A stretch of DNA of 64,000 nt, from positions 19,996 through 83,995 of the forward strand of contig JAEDIN010000001.1 in the NCBI GenBank assembly GCA_016292445.1. The letters are read 5' to 3'. The notes beneath the pieces were generated by a model. The model searched no databases and was not told the origin of the DNA. It was given only the letters and a program-made list of their open reading frames with translations. The DNA comes from Oscillospiraceae bacterium (GTDB lineage Bacteria; Bacillota; Clostridia; Oscillospirales; Oscillospiraceae). Position numbers and translations under genes: made by a program. Of this stretch, positions 47,854 to 58,717 are shown in pieces (position 1 is the first letter of the stretch; each line of letters begins with the position of its first letter).

Positions 47854-50047
47854 CTGCCACGAGCCTCAAACGAAGCGCACTGTAACGCCTTGATTGCTTG
47901 TTGTTATCTATCATCCGGTGCGCAATAGCATCGTCGCCGACCATGACAAGCAGCTCCTTTGCCCTTGTAACTGCAGTATAGAGCACACCTCTCGTCAGAA
48001 GCATCTGAACATCTCCGCTTAAAGCAAGCACAACGGCTCTGTATTCGCTGCCCTGCGATTTATGAACCGTCAACGACCACGCGTGTTCAAGCTCGTTGAG
48101 CATATCAAAGCTGTAACTTGCAAGCTTGTCCTCAAAATCAACGGTCAGAGTTTCGGTTATGGGGTCTATCTGATAAATAGTACCGATATCACCGTTATAC
48201 ACGCCTGTTCCGCTGACGCCGCCCTTTGTCTTCCAAATTATATCGTAATTGTTCTTTAGCTGAATAACCCTGTCGCCGACACGGAAGACGGTTTCTCCGA
48301 ACATTTTTTCCTTTTTGCCATCGTCACGCGGATTCAATGCCTCCTGCAAACGCTTGTTCAGATTCACCGTGCCGGTTTCGCCCTTTCTCGTCGGTGACAA
48401 AACCTGAATGCTTGCCGAGGGTATTTTCATATTGTCAGGAAGCCTGCGTGCGCACAGCTCAACTATTGTCTCGACCGCAGTGCCGCCCTTTAGCCTTTTA
48501 AGGCGGAAGAAATCACCGGTATTTGCCTCAAAATCCGGGTGCTCTCCCCTGTTTATCATATGTGCATTACGGACAATACGGCTGTCGCCTTTTTGCCGAA
48601 AGATCTCCGTGAGGCGTACCGTGGGCACAATGTTGCTTCGTATTATATCTGCAAAAACATTACCCGGTCCGACTGAGGGAAGCTGATCGGCGTCGCCTAC
48701 AAGAACAAGCCTGCACCCTGGCTTCAAGGCCTTCAGCAATGAGCACATAAGAGTTATGTCAACCATAGAGCACTCATCGAGCACCAAAGCATCGCAGTTG
48801 AGTGGGTCGCCCTCATCCTTTGTGAATACGACCGTCTCGCCGTCCTCGGACATTTTTGCACCAAGCAATCTATGTATGGTGAACGCTTCTCTGCCGCTGA
48901 GCTCGCTCATGCGTTTTGCGGCTCTACCCGTAGGCGCGGCAAGCAGCGTTTCAAGCTCAAGTTCGTCATACAGCTTTAAAATAGCCCTTAATATAGTGGT
49001 TTTTCCGGTTCCCGGGCCACCGGTGATTACAAGCACCCTGTTATTGAGTGCAAGCTCTATCGACTGCTTTTGAAGCGGTGCATAGCTTATATCATATAGG
49101 CTTTCAAGCTTTGATATCAGTTTTTCCATGTTTACGCTGCTCTTTGTTTTTGCGCTTGTCATGCTCTTGAGCCTGTATGCGGTATATGTCTCCGCCTCAT
49201 AAAGCTCGGCGAGATAGCAAACATTGAGACCTGCAACGCTGTCGCATACTATTTCGCCGCTTTCCGCTAAACTGTCGATCGCCTCTGAAACGAGATCCCC
49301 GGGCACGGATATAAGCTGTGAAGTCGCTGCAATCAGCTTATCTCTCGGAATAAAACAATGTCCGTTTCCGCTGTTGTGCCTTAACTCAAACAAAACAGCG
49401 GCGGAAATTCTATTTATGCTATCCCCTTCAATGCCGAGCTCTAAGGCGAGGTTATCCGCCTCTGCAAAGCTTGCGCCGATATGGCTTGCGGCAATTATGT
49501 AGGGATTATCGTGCAAAGTTTCAAGTGCCGTTGAGCCGTATGTTTTATATAATTTAAGTGCAACGAGCGGTTGGATGTTATAGGCGCACAAAAACTCCGT
49601 GAGTCTTCTGACGCCAGCCTGCTTTTTGAAGCTTGCGCTCATATCCTTTGCCTTTGCAAGACTTATTCCCTTTATCTCGGCAAGCTTTTCCGGATACATT
49701 TCAAGCACATCGAGGGATTTTTCCTTAAACCGCTCTACTATCATAGCAGCGGTTGCAGGACCTATACCGCGAACAGTGCTGCCAGCCAAGTACTCATAGA
49801 TACCGTCAGCGGAAGTCGGCAGAAGTCTGTTTGACTGCTCGATCTTGAACTGTCTGCCGTGCTGAGCATGGGTCACCCACGAACCCTCGGCGGACATCAT
49901 CTCGCCGGGTGCAATGTATGGCAAACAACCGACGGCTGTAATCATCTCGCCGCTGTCACTCTCCAAACGCACAACGGCATAGCCGTTTTCGTCGTTCATA
50001 TATATGACTGAGCTTATTATTCCGTTTATCTCACTTAGCTCGACCAT
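47846..50047 (-). CDS. recD2: RecD2-type SF1B ATP-dependent DNA helicase
   Basis: Walker A GGPGTGKTT, LVLDECSMV, VGDADQLPSVGPG, and C-terminal YTAVTRAK. ATG 50047 is preceded by a GGAGA. Confidence 0.9.
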   Translation of the reverse strand: MVELSEINGIISSVIYMNDENGYAVVRLESDSGEMITAVGCLPYIAPGEMMSAEGSWVTHAQHGRQFKIEQSNRLLPTSADGIYEYLAGSTVRGIGPATAAMIVERFKEKSLDVLEMYPEKLAEIKGISLAKAKDMSASFKKQAGVRRLTEFLCAYNIQPLVALKLYKTYGSTALETLHDNPYIIAASHIGASFAEADNLALELGIEGDSINRISAAVLFELRHNSGNGHCFIPRDKLIAATSQLISVPGDLVSEAIDSLAESGEIVCDSVAGLNVCYLAELYEAETYTAYRLKSMTSAKTKSSVNMEKLISKLESLYDISYAPLQKQSIELALNNRVLVITGGPGTGKTTILRAILKLYDELELETLLAAPTGRAAKRMSELSGREAFTIHRLLGAKMSEDGETVVFTKDEGDPLNCDALVLDECSMVDITLMCSLLKALKPGCRLVLVGDADQLPSVGPGNVFADIIRSNIVPTVRLTEIFRQKGDSRIVRNAHMINRGEHPDFEANTGDFFRLKRLKGGTAVETIVELCARRLPDNMKIPSASIQVLSPTRKGETGTVNLNKRLQEALNPRDDGKKEKMFGETVFRVGDRVIQLKNNYDIIWKTKGGVSGTGVYNGDIGTIYQIDPITETLTVDFEDKLASYSFDMLNELEHAWSLTVHKSQGSEYRAVVLALSGDVQMLLTRGVLYTAVTRAKELLVMVGDDAIAHRMIDNNKQSRRYSALRLRLVADD

Positions 50048-50060
50048 AGAATTCTCCATC

Positions 50061-50360
50061 TTACAAAAGTGTAATAAAGTCGTACATATCGGCATAGCAT
50101 CTTGCGATATGCTTTGCCGCCGTATCCGCATTCTGCGTGTTTATGTGCACTTTGGCTTTCAGAGTACCGTTTTCACGCAGCCAGATAATGCCTTTTATCG
50201 TCTGCTCAAGCATGGGTTCTTTTCCGCTGACACTCAAATCAATGCTTATAAGCGTGTTTTCGCCGCTGCTTATGGGAGTTAACAACACGCCCTTTACTGA
50301 CCAGAGCAGAATTAGCAAAATTGAAGCTATCGTAAGCCCTACAATAAAGTCAACTATCAT
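50061..50360 (-). CDS. Hypothetical small membrane-anchored protein
   Basis: 99 aa with one N-terminal TM (IVGLTIASILLILLW) and a soluble tail. An AGGAGG RBS is present. I recognise no family. Confidence 0.5.
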   Translation of the reverse strand: MIVDFIVGLTIASILLILLWSVKGVLLTPISSGENTLISIDLSVSGKEPMLEQTIKGIIWLRENGTLKAKVHINTQNADTAAKHIARCYADMYDFITLL

Positions 50361-50405
50361 TTCCCGGCCTCCTTTGTTTATTATATGAGGCCGGGTGTTG
50401 TCATG

Positions 50406-53240
50406 TCAAAGCAGCTTTTTAAGGAACTGTCCGGTGTAGCTGTCTTTGCAGTCGGCGCACTCCTCCGGAGTACCGGTAAATACGACAGTACCGCCTCCGC
50501 TGCCGCCCTCGGGTCCAAGGTCAATGATATAGTCAGAGGATTTTATTATATCAAGATTATGCTCGATAATTACAACCGTGTTTCCTGCGTCTGCAAGCCT
50601 ATTGATTATATAGATAAGCTTGTGTACATCCGCCATATGCAGGCCTGTGGTAGGCTCATCGAGTATATATATAGTTGAGCCGGTGCTTCGTTTTGAAAGT
50701 TCTGTTGCAAGCTTGACACGCTGAGCTTCGCCGCCGGAAAGGGTCGTGCTTGATTGTCCCAGCTTGATATAGCCCAAACCGACATCGTAAAGAGTATCAA
50801 GTTTACTTCTAAGCTTGGGGAGATTTGCAAAGAAGTCCCTTGCCTCCTCAACCGTCATATCGAGAACTTCATAGATATTCTTACCCTTGTACCTAACCTC
50901 AAGGGTCTCTCTGTTATAGCGCTTTCCCTTGCAGACATCACAGGGCACATATACATCCGGCAGAAAATGCATCTCTATCTTCTGCAATCCGTCCCCCTTG
51001 CACGCCTCACAGCGTCCGCCCTTGACATTAAAGGAGAATCTGCCCGACTGATAGCCTCTTAGCTTTGCATCCTCGGTCGAAGCAAACAGCTCGCGGATAT
51101 CATTAAACAAGCCCGTATATGTCGCGGGATTGGAGCGGGGCGTTCTTCCTATCGGGCTTTGGTCGATATTTATGACCTTATCGATATCCTCAAGCCCGCT
51201 GACGCCGTCGCATTTTCCGGGCTTTGTTTTCGAACGGTTCTTTTCGAGCGCTACCGTTTTGTACAGTATTTCATTAACAAGCGAGGATTTTCCGCTGCCG
51301 GATACTCCCGTGACGCAGGTTACAACGCCTTTGGGGAATGCCGCATCGATCCCTTTAAGGTTATTTTCTCTTGCTCCGCGGACGGTTATAAACCCCTTAT
51401 CTGTCGGTCTGCGCTCATCGGGAACGGGAATCTGCTTCTTGCCGCTAAGATACTGTCCCGTTACTGAGCTTTCGCAGGCGCATATCTCATCTACCGTGCC
51501 TGCACAAACTACCTCGCCGCCGTGCACGCCCGCCGCAGGGCCTATATCCACGACGAAATCTGCAGAACGAATGGTATCCTCATCATGCTCAACAACTATA
51601 AGCGTGTTGCCCAAATCGCGCAGATCCCTGAGTGTATTGAGCAGCTTTTCATTGTCACGCTGATGTAGGCCGATGCTCGGCTCGTCGAGGATATACAAAA
51701 CGCCCATAAGCGATGAGCCGATTTGCGTTGCGAGTCTTATTCTTTGGCTCTCACCGCCGGATAGAGTGACCGCACCTCTTGACAGCGTGAGGTACTGTAA
51801 ACCGACATTTTTAAGGAATCCGAGTCTGACCTTTATTTCTTTTAGGATCTGAGCAGCAATTATCTGCTCCTTTTCGCTAAGAACAAGCCCGTCAACAAAG
51901 TTAATCGCTTCGGTTATGGACATATTGCTCATTTGCGCTATGCTCTTGCCGCCGACTGTGACCGCAAGCGCTTCTTTCCGCAGTCTCAGGCCTCCGCAGC
52001 TCGGGCAGCGAATTTCGGACATGACCTCCTCAATATCCGCTCTCATCGCAGGACTTTGTGTTTCATGATAGCGGCGTTCAAGGTTATTGCATATGCCCTC
52101 AAAAGGCTTGGAATACTTTCCGGAGAACGAGCCGTTCTTGTTCTCCCGTTCGTACAAAAGATCAAGCGGTTCTCCCTTGGTGCCGTAAAACAACGCATCC
52201 TTTGCCTCTGCCGAAAGCTCTCTAAAAGGAGTGGTAAGTGTAAATCCGTACTTCTTTGCCAGTGCGTTATAGTACATTTTGGCTATTGAGTCATTACCTC
52301 CGCTTTGCCAGCCGGATGCCTGTATTGCGCCATCGGCAAGACTAAGCATATCGTCCGGCACAATAAGCTCCGGATCAATCAGAAGCTGCATTCCGAGACC
52401 GTCGCAGGTGGGACAGGCCCCGTAAGGCGTATTGAAGGAAAACATTCTCGGTGTCAATTCTTCGATGGATATTCCGCAATCCTCGCAGGCATAGTTTTGA
52501 GAAAAGAGCATTTCCCTGTTCTCGCTGACAATATCAGCAATAATAATTCCGTCGGCAAGCGATGCCGCAGTTTCAACGGAGTCGGTAAGTCTTCGGCTTA
52601 TATCGGGCTTTATCACTATTCTGTCAACGATTATCTCGATATTGTGCTTCTTATTCTTGTCAAGCTTAATCGGTTCCGACAGATCATACAGGCTTCCGTC
52701 GACCCTGGCTCTGACATAGCCCGACTTTCTGGCATCCTCAAATACCTTTATATATTCGCCTTTTCTCGCTCTGACGACGGGTGCAAGTATCTGAAGCTTT
52801 GTCCCCTCGGGCAAAAGCATAAGCTGGTCTATTATCTGATCAATCGTTTGCTGCTTGATTTCTTTGCCGCATTTCGGGCAGTGAGGGACGCCTATGCGAG
52901 CCCACAAAAGGCGCATATAGTCGTATATTTCCGTTACCGTACCAACGGTTGAACGAGGGTTTCTCGAGCTGGTTTTCTGGTCAATCGATATTGCCGGCGA
53001 GAGCCCCTGAATATAGTCGAGATCCGGCTTGTCCATCTGTCCGAGAAACTGCCTTGCATAGGAAGAAAGGCTTTCAACATAGCGTCTTTGACCCTCGGCA
53101 TATATTGTGTCAAAAGCAAGGCTGGATTTGCCGCTTCCCGATACGCCGGTCATAACAATGAGTTTATCCCTGGGTATCTCAATATCTATGTTTTTAAGAT
53201 TATTGGCTCTTGCGCCCTTTATGATAATGCTGTTTTCCAT
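50406..53240 (-). CDS. uvrA: Excinuclease ABC subunit UvrA
   Basis: Two ABC modules (GVSGSGKSS twice, LSGGE signatures) and zinc fingers. The N-terminus [17 protein letters not shown] matches the family. An alternative start, GTG 53249, overlaps the ybaK stop. Confidence 0.95.
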   Translation of the reverse strand: MENSIIIKGARANNLKNIDIEIPRDKLIVMTGVSGSGKSSLAFDTIYAEGQRRYVESLSSYARQFLGQMDKPDLDYIQGLSPAISIDQKTSSRNPRSTVGTVTEIYDYMRLLWARIGVPHCPKCGKEIKQQTIDQIIDQLMLLPEGTKLQILAPVVRARKGEYIKVFEDARKSGYVRARVDGSLYDLSEPIKLDKNKKHNIEIIVDRIVIKPDISRRLTDSVETAASLADGIIIADIVSENREMLFSQNYACEDCGISIEELTPRMFSFNTPYGACPTCDGLGMQLLIDPELIVPDDMLSLADGAIQASGWQSGGNDSIAKMYYNALAKKYGFTLTTPFRELSAEAKDALFYGTKGEPLDLLYERENKNGSFSGKYSKPFEGICNNLERRYHETQSPAMRADIEEVMSEIRCPSCGGLRLRKEALAVTVGGKSIAQMSNMSITEAINFVDGLVLSEKEQIIAAQILKEIKVRLGFLKNVGLQYLTLSRGAVTLSGGESQRIRLATQIGSSLMGVLYILDEPSIGLHQRDNEKLLNTLRDLRDLGNTLIVVEHDEDTIRSADFVVDIGPAAGVHGGEVVCAGTVDEICACESSVTGQYLSGKKQIPVPDERRPTDKGFITVRGARENNLKGIDAAFPKGVVTCVTGVSGSGKSSLVNEILYKTVALEKNRSKTKPGKCDGVSGLEDIDKVINIDQSPIGRTPRSNPATYTGLFNDIRELFASTEDAKLRGYQSGRFSFNVKGGRCEACKGDGLQKIEMHFLPDVYVPCDVCKGKRYNRETLEVRYKGKNIYEVLDMTVEEARDFFANLPKLRSKLDTLYDVGLGYIKLGQSSTTLSGGEAQRVKLATELSKRSTGSTIYILDEPTTGLHMADVHKLIYIINRLADAGNTVVIIEHNLDIIKSSDYIIDLGPEGGSGGGTVVFTGTPEECADCKDSYTGQFLKKLL

Positions 53241-53245
53241 ATGAA

Positions 53246-53719
53246 TCACACCAATTCCGCGTAGCTTCCGCGAGTAAGCCTGACAAGCTCATCCGGCGAA
53301 AGCTCGACCTGATAGCCGATTTTTCCTGCGCTGACCATAATAGTCGGCTTCTCCGCTGCGCTTATGTTATAGAAGGTCCTGTACTGCTTTTTCATCCCTA
53401 CGGGTGAGCATCCGCCCCTTACATAGCCGGTTAAAGCGTTTATCTCGCTGACATGTATCATTGCAATGGATTTTTCGCCGCTTGCCTTTGCTGCTTTTTT
53501 CAGGTCAAGCTCAGCGGTAACGGGAACAACAAAAACATAGACAGTTTTACTTGCGCCCCTGGCAACAAGGGTCTTGAACACTTGGTCTGGGTTTTGCCCG
53601 CATATTCTCGCAACGGTCAGACCGTCAACGGCTTCATCGCCGTGTGGGTATTCGTGTGAGGTATATTTTATCTTTCTCTGCTCAAGCAGACGCATGACAT
53701 TTGTCTTTTGTTCTTTCAT
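53246..53719 (-). CDS. ybaK: Cys-tRNA(Pro)/Cys-tRNA(Cys) deacylase YbaK
   Basis: T.VMRLLE...[23 protein letters not shown] and VSAGKIG are the canonical YbaK pattern. Confidence 0.85.
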   Translation of the reverse strand: MKEQKTNVMRLLEQRKIKYTSHEYPHGDEAVDGLTVARICGQNPDQVFKTLVARGASKTVYVFVVPVTAELDLKKAAKASGEKSIAMIHVSEINALTGYVRGGCSPVGMKKQYRTFYNISAAEKPTIMVSAGKIGYQVELSPDELVRLTRGSYAELV

Positions 53720-53783
53720 TTCGCCACCTCATTCATAACTTGTACATTATATCCTTTTTACCGTATTCTTTCAACACAAAAAT

Positions 53784-53813
53784 GCGGACCTCCGTGTGTT
53801 ATCGGAGGTCCGC
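53784..53813 (-). terminator. Rho-independent terminator after the TetR gene
   Basis: Minus-strand RNA reads GCGGACCUCCG-(8 nt)-CGGAGGUCCGC followed by AUUUUUGUG. Confidence 0.8.
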
Positions 53814-53826
53814 TGATATTTACTTT

Positions 53827-54384
53827 TCAGTTAATCCGAAACCTTGAAAGCATACTCTCTATACTGCCGTCGAGGACTTTTATAAACTTCTCCTCTGTGA
53901 TCTCGGGAGGCAGTTCCATATTCCTGTCAAGCCACTGTGAGATAAGTCCGACAATTCCGTTAGCGTAGAATTCGCAAACAAACTCGAGATCGGACCACTC
54001 AATATTCTTCCCTTCGGCAACAATTACAGCAAAGCTATGGATGCAATAATGCAGTCTTCTTTTAAAATATCTCAGGAAGTATGAACGGTTATTGGAGTTA
54101 TAGATATTAAGGACAAACAGCTTGTTGTCATGGAGATAATGGAAGAACAGAAGAACGTTTTCTCGCCATTCATCATAGCGTATCTCAGACGGAAGAACTC
54201 TGTTTGCATCCTCCTCAAACACCCACTCCAAGAGGTCGTATACATCATCGAAATGGTAATAGAAGGTCTGACGATTAACGCCGCACTCCTCAACAAGATC
54301 TTTTACGGTTATCTTGTCAATAGGCTTAATGGCGAGCATTTTTTTAAGTGCGTTTCCGAGAGATTCTTTTGTCGAAGTAGCCAT
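53827..54384 (-). CDS. TetR/AcrR-family transcriptional regulator (DhaS-like C-terminal domain)
   Basis: N-terminal HTH KITVKDLVEECGVNRQTFYYHF. Confidence 0.85.
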   Translation of the reverse strand: MATSTKESLGNALKKMLAIKPIDKITVKDLVEECGVNRQTFYYHFDDVYDLLEWVFEEDANRVLPSEIRYDEWRENVLLFFHYLHDNKLFVLNIYNSNNRSYFLRYFKRRLHYCIHSFAVIVAEGKNIEWSDLEFVCEFYANGIVGLISQWLDRNMELPPEITEEKFIKVLDGSIESMLSRFRIN

Positions 54385-54515
54385 AATTGTACCCCTTCCG
54401 TTTATCTTATCACTTTCTTTATATCACAAGTTTTTGAAAAATGATAGATGGATATTTAATTTTTCTCGTATTTATGCTTAAATATATTAAAAAACACTTA
54501 GAAAAGAGGCTGACT

Positions 54516-55439
54516 ATGAGCGTTACAAGCGATACAGTCGGACGATTTGCACCGAGTCCAAGCGGTTATACGCATCTCGGAAATCTTGCATCATACCTGC
54601 TTGCGTGGCTTGATGTACGGTCGGTTGGCGGAAGCATTATCCTTCGCATAGAAGATCTTGACTTGAATAGATGCTCGGAAAGCTTTGCCGAACAAATTGC
54701 CGATGACTTGAAATTTCTCGGCCTTGATTGGGATAATGAGCTAAGGCCCGAATTCCATCAAAGTCGCAGGACAAGTATGTACGAGGATATCTTTAGGCAG
54801 CTTATGAAGCATGATATGCTATACCCTTGTTATTGCAGCCGCAGCCAGCGCTTGGCAGCATCGGCACCTCACCCCGGTGAATATTCGCATGACACGGGCT
54901 GCAGATGTAAATACTTGAGTTATTACGAGCGACTTCAATTAGAAAAAGCCGGCAAAACACCGGCATGGAAAATCCGCGTGCCCGATAAAGAGATCGTCTT
55001 CACAGACGGTCATTACGGTGCTGTGCGGCAGAATTTAGCCGACGACGGCGATTTCATCGTAAGGCGCTCGGACGGAGTATTTGCCTACCAGCTTGCTGTT
55101 TCATTTGATGATATGGCAATGGGCGTTAATAGAGTAGTTCGAGGCAGAGATCTTCTCAATTCGACAGCTAAGCAGATTTGGCTGATAAACGAGTTGGGGG
55201 GCATACCGCCTGAGTATTGCCATGCCCCCCTGCTGATTTCGGAAAGCGGCAAAAAGCTCTCAAAAAGAGACGGAGATCTGAGCATAAAACAATTACGGAA
55301 ATCGTATTCTGCCGAGGAGATAATCGGTTTTCTTGCAAAGCAATTGAATATCGGCGACTGCAAACCAACCGGCGTGCAAGAGTTATTAAACCGCTTTGAT
55401 TGGTCGCTAATTCCTAAAAACGATATAATATTAAAATGA
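54516..55439 (+). CDS. gluQ: tRNA glutamyl-Q(34) synthetase-like truncated GluRS paralogue (GluQRS/YadB-like)
   Basis: Class I catalytic core only (307 aa, no anticodon-binding domain). It has RFAPSPSGYTHLGN (HIGH-type), KLSKRD (KMSKS-type) and a Cys cluster CYCS...C.C. The ATG follows an AAGAGG. Confidence 0.75.
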   Translation: MSVTSDTVGRFAPSPSGYTHLGNLASYLLAWLDVRSVGGSIILRIEDLDLNRCSESFAEQIADDLKFLGLDWDNELRPEFHQSRRTSMYEDIFRQLMKHDMLYPCYCSRSQRLAASAPHPGEYSHDTGCRCKYLSYYERLQLEKAGKTPAWKIRVPDKEIVFTDGHYGAVRQNLADDGDFIVRRSDGVFAYQLAVSFDDMAMGVNRVVRGRDLLNSTAKQIWLINELGGIPPEYCHAPLLISESGKKLSKRDGDLSIKQLRKSYSAEEIIGFLAKQLNIGDCKPTGVQELLNRFDWSLIPKNDIILK

Positions 55440-55464
55440 AGTCTGCGTCTGCAGGCTTCATTTT
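55437..55464. terminator. Bidirectional terminator
   Basis: TGAAGTCTGC-GTCT-GCAGGCTTCA (one G-U pair) followed by TTTT, between convergent genes. Confidence 0.7.
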
Positions 55465-55467
55465 ATG

Positions 55468-56262
55468 TTACATATTTGCTTTTAATATATCTGCAATGTC
55501 AACTACGCTGTTTAGAACATAATCGGGCTTACGCTCGGCTTTTTCGATATCTTCAACGGTGCTTTCACCGGATAACACGCAGACAGATACCGCGCCTGCA
55601 TTCTGTGCAACGGCTATGTCGGTATACAATCTGTCGCCAACGCAGCATATCTGCTCATTTGGAATACCGGTTTTCGCGGATATTATGTCAACCATATTTC
55701 TGTTTGGCTTGCCGATATACTCGGGCTTGACGCCGCTTGCTGCAGTGAGGAGAGCGCAAATACTTCCGCAGTCCGGCAGGACCTCATTTGCAGGCATCGG
55801 GCATACCCAATCCGGATTTGCGGCAATAAATGCTGCGCCGTGGCGCAGATAGTGCACCGCTTTGTCAAGCTTTTCATAGGTAAGCTCCGTATCAAAGCCT
55901 ACGCAAACTACCTTAACATCGTCTTTTCCGAGCTTAACGCCGTAGCTCTCAAGCTCACTCATAAAAGCCCTAGTGCCAACGGGATAAACCGTGCATCCGG
56001 GGAATTTTGTATTCAGATACATGGCAGTCGCCATGCCTGAAGTAAAGACATTCTCCATCTCGCAGGGAAAACCCAGCTTACGCAGTCTTGTAACATAATC
56101 TATGCCTGCCCTTGAGGAGTTATTGGTGAGGTAAATATACTCTCTGCCGCTTGCCTTTATGGTGTTGATATAATCTATCGCTCCGTCAAATACCTCGTCG
56201 CCGAGGTAAAGAGTGCCGTCCATATCAAGCAGAAACAATTTCGTGTTCAAAAGCTTATCCAT
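55468..56262 (-). CDS. HAD-IIA family hydrolase (NagD-like sugar phosphatase)
   Basis: LLDMDGTLY motif I, LTNNS motif II, VGDRLYTD motif IV. Start placed at MDKLLNTK. Confidence 0.85.
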   Translation of the reverse strand: MDKLLNTKLFLLDMDGTLYLGDEVFDGAIDYINTIKASGREYIYLTNNSSRAGIDYVTRLRKLGFPCEMENVFTSGMATAMYLNTKFPGCTVYPVGTRAFMSELESYGVKLGKDDVKVVCVGFDTELTYEKLDKAVHYLRHGAAFIAANPDWVCPMPANEVLPDCGSICALLTAASGVKPEYIGKPNRNMVDIISAKTGIPNEQICCVGDRLYTDIAVAQNAGAVSVCVLSGESTVEDIEKAERKPDYVLNSVVDIADILKANM

Positions 56263-56331
56263 TTGCAAATCTCCCATGCTCCGAATGCTGCTATTATAAA
56301 GCCTTTTTTGCCGAAAATCAACTACATATCT

Positions 56332-56359
56332 TTGCAACGGTCTGCTTATATGCTATTAT
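56332..56359 (+). promoter_or_regulatory. Sigma-A promoter of the GH2 gene
   Basis: TTGCAA (56332-56337), 16 nt, then extended -10 TGcTATTAT (56351-56359). Confidence 0.5.
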
Positions 56360-56388
56360 TAGTTTATCAACATTTACGGAGAAAGACT

Positions 56389-58713
56389 ATGACCATTTCT
56401 TTTAATAACGATTGGCTGTTCACGGATGATTTTGAGGCAGGCTTTGAAAACGCCGAGCCGGTCAGATTGCCGCATACCGCGTGTGAGATACCGTACAACT
56501 ATATTGACTGCAATGACTATCAAATGCTTTGCGGATATAAAAAGAGCTTCTTTGCTCCCGACGATTGGTGTGGTAAGCGCATATTGCTTAGGCTTGACGG
56601 TGCTGCCCATGTTGCAACCGTTTATTGCAACGGTCATGAGGCCGCGCACCATGCCTGCGGTTATACCGCTTTTACGGCCGATTTGACAGACTATATTAAA
56701 CTCGGTGAGCAAAACACTGTAACCGTTAGGCTTGACACAAGAGAAAGCCTTAACATTCCGCCCTTCGGCTTTGTGATTGACTATCTCTGTTACGGCGGTC
56801 TGTACAGAGAGGCTTTTCTCGAGGTGAGAAACGACTGCTATATTAAGGCTGTGAGCATAGAAAACACCGATTTAAGGGACATTGCCGTAAAGATCAGCAC
56901 CTCCGATAATCTTAGCTGCGGCAAGCTTATAACGGACATTCTTGATGCCGATGGCAAAATCGTTTCTTCTGCCGGGGGTGCTGAATTTGAGCTTACCGTT
57001 CAAGACGGTATGCTTTGGTCAACGCATTCCCCATATCTATACACCTTGAGATCAAGAATAACAGACGGAGAGGCAGTTTTAGACGAAAAAACCTATCGCT
57101 TCGGTCTTAGAACGGCAAGATTTGAAAACGACGGTTTTTATTTAAACGGCAGTAAAATGAAGCTGCGCGGCATAAACAGACATCAAAGCTTTGCCTACAC
57201 CGGCTACGCTATGCCTAAGTCCATGCAAAGGTATGATGCGGATATTTTAAAGTATGAGCTTGGCGTCAATGCTGTTCGCACATCTCACTATCCGCAGTCA
57301 CAGCACTTTATCGACAGATGCGATGAGTTAGGAATACTCGTTTTTACCGAGATCCCCGGCTGGCAGCACATAGGCGACGATGCTTGGAAAGAGCAGGCGG
57401 TTGAAAATACCCGTGAAATGGTGGAGCAATATATGCACCATCCGTCGATCATACTTTGGGGCGTCAGAATAAACGAGTCACAGGATGACGATGAACTGTA
57501 TAAAAAGACAAACGCAGTTGCACATAAACTTGACCGTTCAAGACAAACAAGCGGTGTAAGATATATAGAGAAAAGCAGCCTGCTCGAAGATGTATATGCC
57601 TTTAACGATTTCTCCCATAGTGGCAAAAACGCCGGACTGAAGGCGAAAAATAGTATAACCTCCGATAAGCGCCGTCCATATTTAGTTTCCGAGTGCAACG
57701 GACATATGTTCCCCACAAAACCCTTTGACGACGAGAGGCACCGTTTGAGCCACGCTCTGCGTCATGCGAGAGTGCTCGATGCCATGTATGCCGCCGAAGA
57801 TATATGCGGTATATTCCCATGGTGTATGTTTGACTATAATACTCACAAGGATTTCGGCAGCGGTGACGGAATATGCTATCACGGCGTTATGGATATGTTC
57901 AGAAACCCGAAGCTTGCCGCTTCAGTTTTTGCAAGCCAATCCGATGCCGCTCCTTGCTGCGTTGTCTCCTCGTCAATGGACATTGGCGAACATCCTGCCG
58001 GAGATTTGGGCAGTGTCCATGTGTTTACCAACGCCGACAGCATAAACCTGTATAAAAACGGTTTGCTCGTTAAAGAGTTTTATCCCGATAGAAAAAACTT
58101 TTCGGCACTACCCCACCCTCCCGTCGTTATTGATGATTTTATAGGGAATCTGCTCGAAACTCAGGAAGGATATGACCGTAAAACCGCAGATTGCCTCAAG
58201 GATTGCCTCGGCGCGATCGCCAAGTACGGTACAAGTGCGCTTCCACCCAAATATATTATAAAACTTGCAAGACTTATGCTGTTTAAGGGGCTGAGGTTTT
58301 CCTACGGTGTTGAGCTGTACGGAAAATATGTGAGCAACTGGGGCGGCGAAGCAACCGAGTGGCGTTTTGATGCAATAAAAGACGGCAAAGTTGTAAAATC
58401 CGTCACAAAAAAACCAGGTAGACAGGCATATATTGAGGTCGAGGTAAGCCACACAAGGCTTGTTGAGTCCGACACCTACGATGTTGCCGCTGTGAGAATA
58501 CGCGCAACAGATGAATACGGCAACCCTGCCGTGTATTATCACGAGCCTGTATGCTTAAGCTGCTCCGATAACATCAGCATAATCGGGCCTGATATTATAT
58601 CCCTTAAGGGAGGCTGCGGCGGTACCTATGTTAAAACCAAAGGTGTTTCAGGTCATGCAGAGCTTAAGGTCAATGATATTTTGATTAAATTTAGTGTAGA
58701 AACCGCCAACTGA
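56389..58713 (+). CDS. Glycoside hydrolase family 2 protein (beta-galactosidase / beta-glucuronidase-like)
   Basis: FNNDWLF, the sugar-binding/Ig/TIM order, NAVRTSHYP, acid/base region WGVRINES and nucleophile region VSECNG. The ATG follows ACGGAGAAAG; the tracked 42-aa extension is rejected. Confidence 0.85.
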   Translation: MTISFNNDWLFTDDFEAGFENAEPVRLPHTACEIPYNYIDCNDYQMLCGYKKSFFAPDDWCGKRILLRLDGAAHVATVYCNGHEAAHHACGYTAFTADLTDYIKLGEQNTVTVRLDTRESLNIPPFGFVIDYLCYGGLYREAFLEVRNDCYIKAVSIENTDLRDIAVKISTSDNLSCGKLITDILDADGKIVSSAGGAEFELTVQDGMLWSTHSPYLYTLRSRITDGEAVLDEKTYRFGLRTARFENDGFYLNGSKMKLRGINRHQSFAYTGYAMPKSMQRYDADILKYELGVNAVRTSHYPQSQHFIDRCDELGILVFTEIPGWQHIGDDAWKEQAVENTREMVEQYMHHPSIILWGVRINESQDDDELYKKTNAVAHKLDRSRQTSGVRYIEKSSLLEDVYAFNDFSHSGKNAGLKAKNSITSDKRRPYLVSECNGHMFPTKPFDDERHRLSHALRHARVLDAMYAAEDICGIFPWCMFDYNTHKDFGSGDGICYHGVMDMFRNPKLAASVFASQSDAAPCCVVSSSMDIGEHPAGDLGSVHVFTNADSINLYKNGLLVKEFYPDRKNFSALPHPPVVIDDFIGNLLETQEGYDRKTADCLKDCLGAIAKYGTSALPPKYIIKLARLMLFKGLRFSYGVELYGKYVSNWGGEATEWRFDAIKDGKVVKSVTKKPGRQAYIEVEVSHTRLVESDTYDVAAVRIRATDEYGNPAVYYHEPVCLSCSDNISIIGPDIISLKGGCGGTYVKTKGVSGHAELKVNDILIKFSVETAN

Positions 58714-58717
58714 ATAC

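Noticed and set aside
54385-54515. A preQ1-type riboswitch upstream of the GluQRS-like gene, suggested by the A-rich tail AAAAAACACTTAG.
   Set aside because: No P1 hairpin or pseudoknot partner precedes the A-tract. The resemblance is limited to an A-run.
56364-56375. The 12-mer TTATCAACATTT is shared between the GH2 leader (56364-56375) and the first 9-mer repeat in the tRNA-Thr island (61510-61521).
   Set aside because: Many 12-mer coincidences are expected by chance in 64 kb when both strands are counted, on the order of hundreds of pairs. This is not evidence of a shared operator on its own.
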